Origin: Saccostrea echinata
Lineage: Eukaryota
Assembly: GCF_033153115.1 (NCBI RefSeq)
Contig: NW_026889762.1
Span: forward strand, 372,001-436,000
Length of the DNA: 64,000 nucleotides
Direction: 5' to 3'
The translations under genes were made by a program, and so were the position numbers. How positions within the stretch are numbered: position 1 is the first letter of the stretch; every line of letters begins with the position of its first letter. Shown one piece after another: positions 1 to 13,885 of the stretch. The notes below the pieces were generated by a model. The model searched no databases. It had not been told where the DNA came from and saw nothing but the letters and a program-made list of their open reading frames with translations.

Positions 1-426
1 ATTCATGAGGGAGTAGTCCCTGGGAGTACAGCTCCGATTTTTCAGGGAGTAGTCCTCAGATGAGGGAAATAGTATTTTCTCAGGGAAATAGACAGTTTTA
101 TGGTATTAATTTTATATAGAGTAATAACAGTTGAGGTATAATAACACAAAATATACCCCGGGGTATAGCTTTGCTATGCGTGGAAATTTTCAGACTATAA
201 AAGATAGTTATTTTAGGCCATCATTAAAAATATCTTTGTTTCCCCTAACCCAACCCTAAAATTTCAAGTTGGGTAGGTAGGTAGGTAAATTAATTTTATT
301 TTCTGACAGCAGTTTTGAAAATACATTCTGAGAAATTGAATATCTTTATAAATAAGAAAGAACAAAAGAAACCGATCTTTAAACCGAATATCATACAAAT
401 GAAATTTAAAAGCAACATGTATAGTA

Positions 427-1714
427 CCATAAATACTCGTCTATAAGTCGGTTGTACATTTTGAGGTTATTTTGGACGATTTGCCACTGGTCCGCTTATA
501 AGTCGGTACAACTTTTTGCCAGAATTGGTTGACAATTTCAAATCAATGCTCTGATGTTTTAACCTGGTATTATTAAATATTTTTAGAAATGACGCCGATA
601 TTTAATTTTAAATCTTAAATCATTAAGGAAAATGTATAATGCAAACTTAAGATAAAAATAAAGTTATTATAATATCAGGGGTAGACAAATAGAATTTTGC
701 ATTACTTGCCCTCGGACAGGTTACCATCATAAAATTACTTGTCCTACCAAAAAATATGCTTGTCCGACCTGTTTCTTAATTTAAACAAAATCATTAACAT
801 TAAATTATTTCTCAACTGATACATTACACGGGAATCAACCTAGATCTAAAATCACTAAATTCTCCCAGATTTCTTTCGATATTTTCATGGCATTGGTAAA
901 GTCAAAGTTTCATTCTATTCTCCTCAAAATTCTTCAATAAGATACTCCATATACTTTCTTTGAATAGATTTAATGAAAAAGGTGAAGATGATCTCAAAAA
1001 ACCTACAAACGAGACAAATCTCTGAACACTACTGCATGCCGATTGAGCTATCGACTTCATGACTATGTGATTGCCAATCAACAACCAATTTTAATAACAG
1101 TAGCACGTCTGTATTCACAGAATGAATTTAATATTTTGTCAATAAAAAAAGTCTAAAATCCAATTCAACTTTTTTGACGACATCGGAAGATGTCATGTTT
1201 TACGACTTGTGTTTATTTTAACAACACATTCATGGGTAAATTCTAGAGAAGTTCCGACCAAGTATTCAATATAGTGGTCAACAGCAGCGAAAACAGATGC
1301 TTTGTTGTGATTCATGATATTTTAAAGGCGGTAACACAAAAGACATATTGAGTATATGATTTTTTGTAAATGGGAAAAAGCACTTGTCCGCGGGCAGGCA
1401 CCACTTATCAAATAACTTGCCCACTAAACAAAATTGGTTGTCCCGGGCGTCGGGCAATGCTATTTGTCTAGCCCTGATAATATGTAAATACTTGTACTTC
1501 ATGTATGATTTTAGAATACATGGAATACATAAATGATATAATACATGTATATCCAGACTTTGTTCAACGATAATCGTGAGAAATGTTTATAAAATAGTAC
1601 ATTTCGCCGTCCAGAAAAATACTAATCTTTTTATGACTCGCCTATAAGTCGGACATAGAGTTTTGGACCAAAATTTAACTCCCAAAAAACCAACTTATAG
1701 CTGAGTATATACGG
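427..1714. mobile_element. Tc1/mariner-superfamily (Tc2/pogo-like) MITE
   Basis: TIR ccataaatactcgtctataagtcgg vs revcomp ccgtatatactcagctataagttgg. TA on both flanks. Internal repeats of tataagtcgg. Confidence 0.7.
676..1476. mobile_element. CAGGG-terminated MITE (hAT/P-like)
   Basis: TIR caggggtagacaaatag vs cagggctagacaaatag (16/17). 7-bp duplication ataatat at 669-675 and 1477-1483. Confidence 0.75.
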
Positions 1715-4399
1715 TAAATTAATTCACAAATATTATTCATTTGAACTTGTGAAAAATCTCAGGCCAGCGTAAATTTATTGAAATCGAATTTTTACAAAAA
1801 GACAAAATTCATAAATACTCAATCATCTGCCATCCGAGTATATATTTTCAAATCTACTATCATCTTCGAGTGCTTACACAGAGAAAATGTCAAGGGCCTC
1901 GCGTTTCGCAGTAATTCTAGTGTTTCGTTTGGAGTCACGACGTAATTCAGGAGCTTATTGTACATGTAAATCACAGGTCCTGACGTGGGATGTGGAGACT
2001 GGTCAGTCGAATGAGACGTTAAAAAACGTGGTCCATGCAGTGTTACAGTATACATGTAGATGTTGTCACGAAAAAAGATCCCTTATAGAGGTTTTATGAT
2101 CAATGGCCATAAGTGCCAACAAAAAGTCTAAATTAGGAGCCCTCCACCAGGCAGGTGTTCAAATGCTGTCAACCCATCAATTTTTAAAGGTATTTTAAAG
2201 CAAAGAAACCAACCTTTTTTGAAAGGCCTAACTAAAGAAAAATACACTGGACATCTCAGGAAGCTTTACCATAGGCCAATTTTAAAGATTTCAACACTAT
2301 TTGAAAAGAGTGTATCTGAATAAACAATAATTCAACCAAACCATATCTAAAATGATTAAAGTTTCATATATCTAATGTTACAGTCATGAAGTTTACCCCA
2401 TAAATAAAAGAAATGAAGAAACATCTGAATTATATTTATCAAGATGAAATAAGTATAAAAAGACATATTTACAACTCCTACGGTCCTATAGAGTAAAAAT
2501 AGAATCATACTGATACATGAAGTGTTTATTAGATCGAAAGGAATGAAATGCAGTGAACTTTATTAATATGCATAAACAAGGTGGGCCCCTAATCTGCTCA
2601 TGAGGCAGGCTTTGCCATGCTTACTACATACGTTAATTTTAGAAAACACATTTGCAAATACCATCTTAACACTCCTTAGTCATGGTATATTTAAGGGGGG
2701 CGACTGGGGTTTTCATTGCGCAATACTTCATGCAGCATAGTAAAATAAAGCGTATTCACTCTTTTTAAGCAACTATTTTTACATAATTTATAAAAATTAA
2801 CAAATTTGGGAAATCTCGGGTTAAAAAATCTAACTACGTTTTTAAATAAATGGATTTTCCAATATAATCCTATAGTAAATGTACCTGTATTTTGAGATGG
2901 TCCCTAAACTTGAAGATTTTCACTAAACTTGGCATGTATAATGAAGTCAATGTAAGGTTCATATGGTATAAAATTTAAAGAGTTTTTCTCTATAGTAGTT
3001 TTCACATAATAATACCCCAGACGGCTCCCTTAATTCACGAAATGTTTCAGGAGTATAGGATTCTAATAAGTTAAAGATATTTATTAAGATTGATACATCG
3101 CATTGTTTTATAACACGAACTAACCCTCTGTGGCCACATGTTGTGGGCGCCAAATGAAAGTAAATCAAAAGCCGCCGTTCTGATAAAATACTGATTTTGA
3201 TGAAATTGTATGTTATGAAGTTGATAAACAATAAAAAAAATATTTGAATAATCTTATTAAAAAACTTTTCAGTCGGCACGATTTTTAAGTGGGTCGGTTG
3301 CGTTAGGGTAAACAAAGGTAATTTTTATTTTGGCCTTACCTTCTTAACTTTATAGGAAACATTTTAACAGAAGTAGAATAATGCATATTAAAATCAAATG
3401 ACATACTCAAATAATTCAAACAAGCATTCTGTGAGTATTGCATTAGCATGATAAGCAATACTTGTCCCCTACCGGCAAGTGTTATCAGGTTCCCAGTAAA
3501 AAATTGAAAATGCCATAATTTTGTCAAAAATCATTGAATCAGAACAGAATGCAAACTTTACCTATAACTCATCAAGGTAAAGTCACACACCAAAAGTCAG
3601 ATAAATATTTGCAAGCATTTAGAAAAAACAGTGTAGAAAACCAAGTTGGACAGATTGACAGAGACAGCGGGACAGACAGACAGCTAGAAAGAAGAATGTA
3701 CATGTACAAGCATGGAGGAAACCTATAGTTCCCTCTGGTTTCACCGGTTGGGGACTAATAACAAGAGGCCCAAGGGCCTTAATGGTCACCTGAGTATAAT
3801 ACAACAATTTAGAGGATCCATAAAGTATAAAATAAACTGATAGATGAAACTTTGTTGCCCAAAAACAAGAGAAATAGGATGATCAGGATTAATGAAATAA
3901 TTAGTCTAGTATTCAGTAACAACTTATAAGCTAAATTCTTATCTATCTCCCATTTATCACTATCGCAGTGCAGACAATTAACAAACTATTAGTTCTTCTG
4001 TGCCATTTTAATCCCATATTGAGACCTCCCACATTCGCCTCTCTTGGTCTTTGAAGAACATTTAATGAGATAAGTTATTTTTGTCTCATTCTTATTTACT
4101 TATTATTTACAAGTCTACCTGATCATTAAAACTATGAAAGTACTTTTGGTATTATACAATATCATTTCTTGCATAATTATCTTAGTCTATTGACTTTCAA
4201 ATACATTATTTACAGTGATTAATCAAAAGTGAATGGCAAAGGAAAATAACTTCTCTCAGTAGAATACAAATTAACAGAGCGCTGGCCAGGACCAGAACAC
4301 TTGACCAAATGGTCCTGATGTTCAAAATCTGGTAAAAATATCCTTGCTTATTAAAACTTTTATTCTGTTTGCCTTCGATTTGCCAAGGAGCAGAGAATA

Positions 4400-5960
4400 T
4401 TATCAAAGAAATAATGCATTTTCACTACAGATTCAACACAGCCCTATCCTAACACTAAAACCCATATCCCAGGGCCATGAAATTCACAAATTTGGTAGAG
4501 GTACCCTCATCCTCATAATTATGCACTTAGATGAAGATTTTTAAAGGATTAACACATTTTCACTATATTATCAATATAGCCCCCACCCCACCACGAAACA
4601 CCAAAACCTGGGACCACAAGTTTTAAAAAAAATTGTAAGAAGCACAATTGTTTATCATAACTATACACTTTGTTTATCTGTTCAAGGGGAAGACAGGATT
4701 ATTTCATAGAAATAATGCATTTTCACTATAATATCAAAGAAATTATGCTTTTTCACTATATTATCAATAGAGCCCCCCCCCCCCCCCCCTTACCCTGGGG
4801 CCATGAATTTCACAATTTTTAGAAAGGAATCATTGCTTATCAAAATGGCACACTTAGTTTGTTTTAAATAATACCCAGGTGCAGAGAAGAAGATTTTCAA
4901 AGAATTAATGCATTTTCTCTATATAATCAATAGAGCCCCACCCTAACACCAGAACACCTAACCAGGGGCCATGAAATTCACAATACTGTAAAAGGCATCC
5001 TTGTGCATCATAACCATGCACTTAGTTTGTTTAAACAATACCCAGGAGCAGAGAAGAAGATTTTCAAAGAATTAATGCATTTTCACTATATAATCAACAG
5101 AGCCCCACCCTAACACCAAAACCCCTGACACAGGGGCCATGAAATTCACAATTTTAGAAATGGCATCATTGCTTATCATAACCATGCACTTAGTTTGTTT
5201 AAACAATACCCTGAAGAAGAGAAGATGATTTTCAAAGAATTAATGCATTTTCACTATATAATCAATAGAGCCCCGCCCTAACACCAGAACCCTTGACCCA
5301 GGGGCCATGAAATTCACAATTTTAGAAAAAAGCATCATTGCTTATCATAACCATGCACTTAGTTTCGTTTAAATAATACCCTGGAGAAGAGAAAAAGATT
5401 TTCAAAGAAATAATGCACTTTCACTATATACCGTTCATGGTAGCTCAGTCGGTAGAGCGCTTGCTTCGTGATTGGGAGGTCATGAGTTCGAATCTCGGCC
5501 GCGACTGAACTAAGTCGATAAAAAATGGGTAGCAACTGTTCCTTCACCATGCGCTCGGCACTTTGAAGTGAAAGTTGCGGGTCTTTCGGATGAGACCTTA
5601 AAAACCGAGGCCCCGTGTCACGGCAGGCGTTGGCACGATAAAGATCCCTAACTGCTCAATGGCCCTGAGTGCCAAGTAAAGGTCAAAATTTGAAGCCCTT
5701 CACCGGTATATGGTGACGTCTCTATAGGAGTGAAAAATTCTCGAATGGGACGTAAAACAACATACAATCAATCAATCACTTTCACTATATGATCTATATA
5801 GCCCCATCCTAGCACCAGAACCCCTGACCCTGGGGCCATGAATTTCAAAATTTTGGTAGAGGGCCCAATGCTTATTACAATCATGCCAACAGTTTGACTG
5901 CTTGGTGTCCAGGAGTAAAGAAGAAGATTTTTAAAGATTGCATTAATTTTGGTGGTTTTA
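4400..5960 (+). repeat. ~167-bp tandem satellite (Cg170-like), about 6-7 units, interrupted by a SINE
   Basis: Motif gaagattttcaaagaattaatgcattttcactata recurs near 4890, 5056, 5225 and 5395, with degraded units at 4400-4760 and 5790-5950. Confidence 0.85.
5430..5776 (+). mobile_element. tRNA-derived SINE with Deu/Nin-type core, full length
   Basis: A box tagctcagtcgg, B box gttcgaatc, core ctttcggatgagaccttaaaaaccgagg, (caat)n tail. 14-bp TSD cactttcactatat at 5416-5429 and 5777-5790. Confidence 0.9.
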
Positions 5961-6299
5961 GCCCAAACCCTCAGGCCCCAGGGGGACAGGGACCATGAAA
6001 TTCACAATTTTTGTTCTCCTTCACCCATAGATGCTATATGCCAAAATTGGTTGAAATTGGTTCAGCGGTTTTGGAGAAGAAAATGAAAATGTTCAAAAGT
6101 TAACGCACGATGGACGACGCACAACGACGGACGAAAACAGATGGCAATAGGTCACCTGTGTTTACTCAGGTGACCTAAAAATGTATTACTCTCTTACAGT
6201 AACTTTACACTACCAATCCCTGTGACCTTGCCCAAGTCCAAAAGGCTCATGGTCAGTTACATGGTCAAAAGTAACATTTGTGTAAAGAATGAACTTCCA

Positions 6300-7538
6300 C
6301 GAGGGTCAATCAAAAGTTCATAGACTTTTGTCATAACATTTCTATTTAACGTCATATTTCAACCAAATTTGGTATACATATTTTAACAACAGATTCAAAT
6401 ACTTTGAGTTATAAAATTGGAATATATCTTGATGTTTATCAAAATTATCAAAGATTTGAGGCAACAAAAACAGGGTCACGGAGCAGGGTCAAAATTGAGT
6501 TAGTTACTAATTATACATTTAAATAAATGTTTATAGCCATACCTCTAATAAATGGCCCTTAAATGAAATAAAATTTAAATGTTTAAATTTAGTATTGTTT
6601 TATTTAATACTTCAGATGCTAAAAGGTATTAATATACCTCATTATAATTATTCTATACAACGCGTTATCTGATTGGTTCTAGATAGTCACATGACAGGGT
6701 CATAAAACTTCATATTTCCCTGTCGTTGTCATGCTTTTCATAATATTCAATCTCTTCGGAACTTGAAAGTTTGTGTTTATTTTTGAATTTTTTGCTTGTT
6801 TCAGTATAATAAACAATTTATTGCATGAATGTTCGGGAAACATGAAGATTTATTCAGCCAAGAAATGTCATATTTCCCTCAGGTGAAGCCCTCGGGGAAT
6901 ATGATTTTTCTTGGCTGAATAAATCTCCATATTTCCCTCACGATCATGCAATAAATGTATAATGTAATAAATCACTTCAATTTAAAGATATCAATTTTTA
7001 AAGACAGATAGACTTGATTAAAAAAAGCAAAAAACAATGACGTTGAAGGACGTCATGGAGCAGCGAGTAGCAATAAAATTTTGTTTTGCATTCGGGAAAC
7101 CTCTAAAACAAACTCTGAAAGTGCTGGAGGAACCAGGAAATATATAAAAAATGAACCGTGCATTTGTATATAATGGAAAAGACAATTTCTGAGTGGTAGA
7201 GACTTGGAATAGACGACGGACGGTCTGCAAACAAACAGACTATAGTTTAAAATCTTGTCAAAAGAGTTAGTTACGTCATGAATGTGATCATGGTGATGTA
7301 CACTTTCTCGACGTTGTTTCTGACGTTACAATGTTTTTAACCATGCTCCGTGGCGATAAAACATGACGCTTTTAAACATTAGTTCCATTTAATCAAATGG
7401 AATGAAACTTCAAACATCGATAAAATAAATTTTTTTACATTTGAAAATGTATTGATCTTTAACTTTGTAAAAATTTAACTTTGTAAAAATAATATGACGA
7501 GGAGGAACATTGGCTACGTATTTTTTGAATGACCCTCG
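6300..7538 (+). mobile_element. Internally deleted mariner element with transposase N-terminal HTH remnant (~7038-7225)
   Basis: TIR cgagggtcaatcaaaa vs revcomp cgagggtcattcaaaa, with TA on the right flank. Translation MEQRVAIKFCFAFGKPLKQTLKVLEE...RAFVY/WKRQFLSGR resembles the mariner N-terminus; stop codon and frameshifts present. Confidence 0.8.
6640..6963. mobile_element. Palindrome-bearing non-autonomous element (Crypton-like) nested in the mariner
   Basis: ~65-bp imperfect inverted arms at 6818-6953 around ggtgaagcc. Confidence 0.55.
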
Positions 7539-7694
7539 TACAATGCCCAAATTTCAAAGTTATGACCAGGACGTTATACCATTTTATATATATACTGTTA
7601 TCCCCCAACCTCCATCCTTGTTTGCAGGAGGTATAATGATTACTCAATTTCTGTATTTTCCCAGTTTTAATATTTTGTCACTTTTACCCATTTC

Positions 7695-8032
7695 CAGGGG
7701 TTTAAATTTTCTGGAAAACCCACTAGCCCAGGGGCTAATGATCAGTAAAAAATTGCTAGCCCAAACCTCAAACTAACTAGCCCAACAACTTTTTCATGCA
7801 AAATGAAAACATAACAAGTAAAAGTTTTAAAGGCTGTGGTGACAAAAACAAATTAAACTACAATGTAGTTCTTGGTCTAATGAAACCACTTTACATAGAA
7901 AAGTGAAAGTAAACTGTTGAGATTTTTTTCCCCATTCTGCTAGTCCAATGGACTATCATTACATTTAAATTAGCTAGCCTGAGTCTTAAAATGACTAGCC
8001 CCGGGCATTGGGCTACCATATATTTCAACCCG
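7695..8032. mobile_element. Degraded CAGGG-type MITE with ctagccc subterminal repeats
   Basis: caggggtttaaat ... atttcaacccg ends. Repeated ctagccc. Confidence 0.4.
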
Positions 8033-8137
8033 ATTTCCAAAGGTCCTACTGCAATTCCAAGAACATTGAAAAAAAAAATGCACTACAAAGAGGATGCAAC
8101 TTGTAAAATTTGAAAATCCATTATTCTAAATATTTAC

Positions 8138-8349
8138 CTGATGTTTCCAAGGAAGATTGTCCATTGGATCAACATAGTCATATCTGATCTCCTTCCCTCT
8201 ATCAATATCTCTCCTTGCAAGAGGCAAACCCTTGGGTAGAAATTGTTAAACACTTTTAACTTCTCATAACAGCATTATTTTTGGGGTCATCTATAGCTGC
8301 TTCATTAACGTACCTTTCCAGCCTTTGGAAGCTGTCAAATGCAACAATG
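8138..8349 (-). pseudogene. SET-domain (SETD8/KMT5A-like) pseudo-exon
   Basis: AG..GT-bounded. Translates (C)IVAFDSFQRLERYVNEAAIDDPKNNAVM/KLKVFNNFYPRVCL/ARRDIDRGKEIRYDYVDPMDNLPWKHQ, matching the SET motifs RxxNx, ARRDI-G-E-YDY and LPW. Two frameshifts. Confidence 0.75.
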
Positions 8350-8783
8350 CTTGTAATATGATAATGAAAACCATATGTACCATAAATAAAAAGTATAAAG
8401 TTATATTTAAACAAAAGAACTTATATGATGAAGTATTGGGCTACAGGAACAATACAGGTGTTATGCAACAATATATATCACAATATAGTAGTCACAATAT
8501 ACGAATCACAATGTATTTTTCCCAAAAATAATTTTTGTTTCATACAAAGAATAATAAAGTGCCCTGTCACAGCATGATACACCCGTTAAATTTTTTTTCA
8601 ATTATCATAAATATTTTAGAGTGCAAGAAAATCATATTATTCTTTAGCCTAAAAATTGCAATCTTAGTGAGACACGACACTCTGCAATTTGCTGAAAAGA
8701 TATAAAAATTAAATTAAAAAAATATTATACAATTGAAAATAAATTTAGTTTTTATTACTTGTATATTATACAATATCAAATTA

Positions 8784-10011
8784 GGCCAACATTTTTTTAT
8801 TAAATGATTTACAGGAATTTTTTTTTGAAAAATTGGGTCAGGGGGATAAATAAAAATAAAAATAAAATTGGAAAAAGTGTCTGATATTTTAATTTTCATT
8901 TATTCAATAAAAATTGCTGTATATTCAGTGAAGAGCTTAAAATATGATAACCATAACAGAAAAATTAAAGTAGACTATTAAATCCTTCTGAGAAATGGGG
9001 GAAATCTAAGGAATTTCTTCATGTTCTTATCAAAATATTAATCATGACCACAACAAGATCACCAAAGAAAAAAGTTAATAATGAAAACCTCACTTTGCTC
9101 AAAGTACTGAAAAAATCATGAACCAACGAATCAAAAATGGAAAATATTGTTATAAAGAGAATCTCAATATAAAACCCATAATCGTGAATGAAACCTGTAC
9201 TTTACAATACAGCAAATGTTTATGCATATTAACAAACATCTGAAAGCTTGACAGTATTAGCATGTTTAATACCGTTTTGTTTGCAGTGTCTGTTTATATC
9301 TACTCTACAACTATTTAACACACAACAAAATACTTATGAATTTCTAGTCTGTACAGTACTGCATATGATCTTTTTAAAATGTTACAAGATTGAAAACGTT
9401 TCTTGGATATACATGCAAATTAGATATGTCACATTTTATTCTTCACAAATTTCCAAGGTATATTTTTAATTTCCATTCTTTTATCATGTTCATCAAAGGT
9501 ATCAAAATTGTAAAAGAGAACTACAGTATACAGCGGTACCCACAGTGAAAGTGACAGTCTTGTCAACGTATATCCTCTGATAAAATTAGGCTGATCATTT
9601 CTTTTATTTCTTTTTAACTCCAACTTAACTTCGTCATCGAACATACTCCAGTTGATTTTCCTGTTAGCTATGGTTGACTTGGAAAAATTATCGTGTATAT
9701 GGACAAAGTATTCTAAACTTTTGTATAAGTTGACATTTCTGCATCCATGTTGGCACGTTTTATACACTTCCGAAACAATTGATAACAGACGTAAATTGAT
9801 TGGATGATAATAACGGCTTTCAATAAAGCAGCCAATCAGAATTGCCAACTTATTTGCACATCAATTTTATTTACTTAGGGCACTTGCATTGAAGATCGGT
9901 GGGAAATTTAAAAATAAAATCAACAACAGGGACTTTTATTTTCTATTTGTTTTAAATAGCCAAAATCGCAGTCGTTGCTCCTGTAAATCATTTAATAAAA
10001 AAATGTTGGCC
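8784..10011. mobile_element. PIF/Harbinger-like MITE
   Basis: Perfect 33-bp TIR ggccaacatttttttattaaatgatttacagga. TTA TSD at 8781-8783 and 10012-10014. Confidence 0.85.
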
Positions 10012-10888
10012 TTAGTTTAAATTATTTTATACAATTTCATATTAGTTTTAATTACATTACACCTGGCCAAATTTATCTTGAAAGTTAGACTAGCCAACAA
10101 GAAAGTCGACTTTCGCACTTGGTGAGCAGAGTTTTGACACTGTTTAAATGGAAATAAAAGAAAATTAAGACCACCTTGCCGTATACTGTTGTGTAGAACT
10201 TAGATAAACTATCGCAGAAGACAATGGTAATAAACAGTTTGGCCCCATCAGCTGCCAGTTATAAAGACTGAGATTTTTAACTGTACAGTTTTCTCTGGTG
10301 AGGGGAGGGGCTTAGTTTTACCTAGAGGCAATAACGGTTGTACTGATTGTGTATAGCAATAATCCCTTTACATACATAGTATACCACTACACTCAATTTA
10401 GGTCCGAATATCAGCCCTTTCTCCTGAAATTAACGATTTTTTTCCCAATTTTAGTTGTTTTTTCCCCATAATAATACCATTGTTATTTTTATTATAGAGA
10501 ACTTTTACGTACGACTTATCTAAAATGGAATGCTATTGTTCTCAGTCATTCAGCATGTTCAGGTGGCAGCTAGAGGATATTTTTTTTAATGCTAAACATG
10601 TGCCGAGAGGGTACACATATACATGCAATTCATAAAAACATGTACATGGGGACAGTTTTCCAGAGGCTAATTAATTACACTTCATATGCCCATGGCTCAC
10701 AAATTATGTCAACAAATTACATGTAATCTGCCTATAAAAAAGTATTAGAGTGCACATGTACCAAATTTTGGCTTGTTTTTCCAAGATTTGGGCCTCAGTC
10801 GCACCCATACAACCCACCCCAGGCCTGAACGGGCAGGATAAAACAGCCAGCAGTCTGTAAATCAATGCATGCCCTAATGAAAATTCAC

Positions 10889-11019
10889 CAATTGATATAT
10901 AGGGTCATTCATCTTCCCTCTGAGATACACACCTTCTTCTAAGGCCTATTAAATGCTTTCAGCTGAATTTCCTCTGCAACTGACCATGTGTCTTCCGGGT
11001 TAGTTTCGCCTTTACAACT
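10889..11019 (-). pseudogene. Possible upstream pseudo-exon of the SET gene
   Basis: ttattcag acceptor and g|gtgaat donor. Ends ...RRCVSQREDE*PYISIG with a phase-1 Gly, as expected just before the SET GxGVF motif. Disrupted. Confidence 0.35.
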
Positions 11020-12575
11020 CTGAATAAGATAAGCGTCATAGTGACACCTACATGTTCCACATCATTTTTTTCAGCAAAAACTCTGCTACACTGCAAATGT
11101 GTTCCATAATTATTCTAATCATTTTTCTACATAAAATATCACATCACACATGGGATATCTCAGTTTTTTTAAAGAAATTTACTGGGTCATTAGTACAAAA
11201 CTATCCCCTGCCATCTCAGACTCTTAAAATAAGAGTAAGGAACAGCAGATTACTTTGTGCATTTACAAGACCTAGAAAAACACATGAGTCATGTCAAACT
11301 TGTGTGTAAATACATCATAAGAAAGTTTAAGATGCATGCATTGAAATTTAAAGGGTCTACAGGAAATATATTCCGGCCATTCTAAAATATGTCATAGTTT
11401 TGTGCTATGATAATGCATATATATCTCTGACACCTAAATTTAAGAAGTTAATAAGAATGCCACAGGAGTTGACAAATCATACAACACTGACTAGCAAAAG
11501 TGATTTTTCTGTTTCTAAGAAATTCAAAAATCAGTCGTCATCTACCACAGCAAGTATTTAGGAAAATTATATTTAACCCAAACGCATGTCTTTTTTTAAA
11601 TTGCTGATTTAGAAATCAAGGGAGTGGCAAAGATAAATAAACTTTGATGATGTGGTTTTTCATTGTAAGGTAAAATTTTTCCATAAAGCTGTGGTCAGCC
11701 ATCCAAAATGACTTAACAATTCTTTCCAATGGATGTCAATATATTCATTTGAATGTCGATTCCAATTTTTTAATATCATAATGATACATTACAAATTCAT
11801 CTAACTTCGATGATGAATACTATACTAATAGCGCAGTTTGATATGAACTTTACAAAGTAGATAATAATGTGTGGCATGCCACATGGCATCAGTGCATCAC
11901 ACCATTTTTTGGCAGTAAATACATATGGATCATCATGTGGACCCTTCCCAGACCATTGTATGTTCGTTAGCCCTAAAATCATTTAATGGGTTCGCCCTTG
12001 ACGCTGTTCGCCCTAATTCTCGTTCACCCAGAGTCCGTTCGCTCGAGCTCTTTAACTTGTTCACCCAAAGTCTGTTTGTTCTTTATATGTTAGTCGGTTA
12101 TTCTCTTTAGAGCAGTGGACAGGCACTTCTCTTCACAAGCCTTCATGTTTTGATTCTGGAAAACATGTAAATTTCGAACCCGTGACGGCCTACACTTCAA
12201 CTGACATTTCGTCTAAAACATGTTCAAATGTATGGTAACAGACGTGTTATGTTAACTTGTCATAGTTAGTTAATTTTTCGTAATTTCATTTGATTTGATT
12301 GAATTTTATGATTTTTTTCTATTTAGATTACAATTTATTATATCCCCAATTAATACTTGAACTTTAGTATAAATGAAGAAATAAAAGGAAACTCTTGAGT
12401 AACCGATGTGATACTCGTTAAATTTATTAGTAATGTTTTATAACAATTTATATTAAGTTGAGAATAAAAGATAAGTAATAAACCTGTTGCTCCGACGCTG
12501 CTCATCCCCAATTAAAATGGCCTATCAACATGATTAATGTCATTCTCAATTTCCTTTATTATTTTCAAAACATAC

Positions 12576-13709
12576 ATTTAAGAAATAAATAACAAGTTTA
12601 AAAACTTCAATGGGAATTGAAGTGGGTCGGTCACGTGATCAAATCCTGTGAAGGCCGAAGGCCTTCTTAGAAGATTTGATCACGTACCGACCCACTTCAA
12701 TTCCCATTGAAGTTTTTAAACTTGTTATTTATTACTTATATATACATTTGAGACGGACAATCGAATGTAATCGAATATAAATATTGCACTAACTGTACGT
12801 CGTAGATTTTGACAAATTACGCTAGGTGTAAATCGGCTTGAAAAGCGGTTACGCTTCAAATTCATCTGGCAAAGGATTCTGTTTTGAAGGGAATATTCTA
12901 TGAAAGGCTACTTGTGATCAATTATAGTGAGCATATTGGTGTCTTGGAATTTTTGTATTCTTGAGAACCCACATTCGATGTTAAAAAACACAAGAAACAC
13001 GTCCGATGTTTGATACTAAAAAGTTGGAGGAATTTCGGTCGGGAAGGGATGGATGGAGACACTTGTCCGGACCAGATAACTTGAAATCAAAATTTGATGA
13101 AAAACATAAAATCTACGATTTCAGTAAGGCATATTTATTAATTTATGATGTTGACATGGAGACACTGGTGACAGCTTACATTGTTAAGACAACGTCACAA
13201 CGATCTCGATGATGGAGGTGTGCCTACCGAACTTCCAAAGTGCAGTGTTTGTCAGCTCTTTGTGGCGTGATTACATTACATTGATATTTTTCAACAGATT
13301 TTCAAATTTATTGTGAGTAAAGTTTAATGAAAAAAAATTATAACATTCAGAGGTCTGCGAGAAAAATAAGGGTAAACGTTGAGACTATGCAGCTCAGACA
13401 TGAAACTTATAACACGTAGTTTTCTATTCTCTATGTAAAATCGATCAAGAACTGTATTAAACACTCGTTTACATTGTAAATAAAATGATTATTATTTTAC
13501 TTGCGTATTTTGTACATTTTTATGCATGAAAAACATGCTATATTGCTTAGTGGAGTAAGTCTTTTTATGTAGATATTACTGCGCTATGTGATTAGGTCAC
13601 ATAATGACCTATGACCTTCGAAAAACTTCATACAGGTATGAAGATATTTGCTCTCTGCATGTTTATATAATAGAGAGATACCACAAATGTATATATTTCA
13701 TCTTAAATA
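12576..13709. mobile_element. Palindrome-terminated non-autonomous element (Crypton-like)
   Basis: ~72-bp inverted arms at 12584-12732 around ggcc-gaa-ggcc. The right boundary is tentative (atttaaga.../...tcttaaat). Confidence 0.5.
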
Positions 13710-13885
13710 ACAAAACAATGAAAGTGTTACCTAATTTACCATACTAAATTAACAGCAATTAAACCGATTACATCTTTGATTAACATGAAAAACGGAAATA
13801 AAGTCAATACTGACGGAAAGGAAATATACTAAATACTTTACTAGTTTTATTTGATAAAAAAAAATTAACAATAATGATGACCATT

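Larger units (their letters stand above)
216..3335. mobile_element. Non-autonomous PIF/Harbinger-like DNA transposon (outer shell of a 3-level nest)
   Basis: Imperfect TIRs: ggccatcattaaaaatatctttgtttcccctaacccaacc vs revcomp ggccaaaataaaaattacctttgtttaccctaacgcaacc. TTA duplicated on both flanks (213-215, 3336-3338). Confidence 0.6.
3760..6180 (+). mobile_element. Non-autonomous Helentron/HINE-like element carrying a satellite array
   Basis: 5' box acaagaggcccaagggccttaatggtcacctgagt. 3' end has (gacg)n followed by hairpin taggtcacctg-tgtttact-caggtgaccta. Central tandem repeats. Confidence 0.75.

Noticed and set aside
2959-3315. 118-aa ORF (also 9429-9848 and 63105-63428)
   Set aside because: No motifs; these lie inside MITEs or antisense to a real THAP exon.
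4253-4329. Downstream exon of the SET pseudogene (DFEHQDHLVK...)
   Set aside because: No recognisable motif, weak donor, and it lies within the HINE boundaries.
5430-5505. tRNA gene (also 49730, 51624, 62705, 62960)
   Set aside because: These are tRNA-like heads of SINEs or parts of LTRs, with poor acceptor stems.
4400-5960. CRISPR-like array
   Set aside because: Whole ~167-bp units repeat with no unique spacers; eukaryotic satellite.
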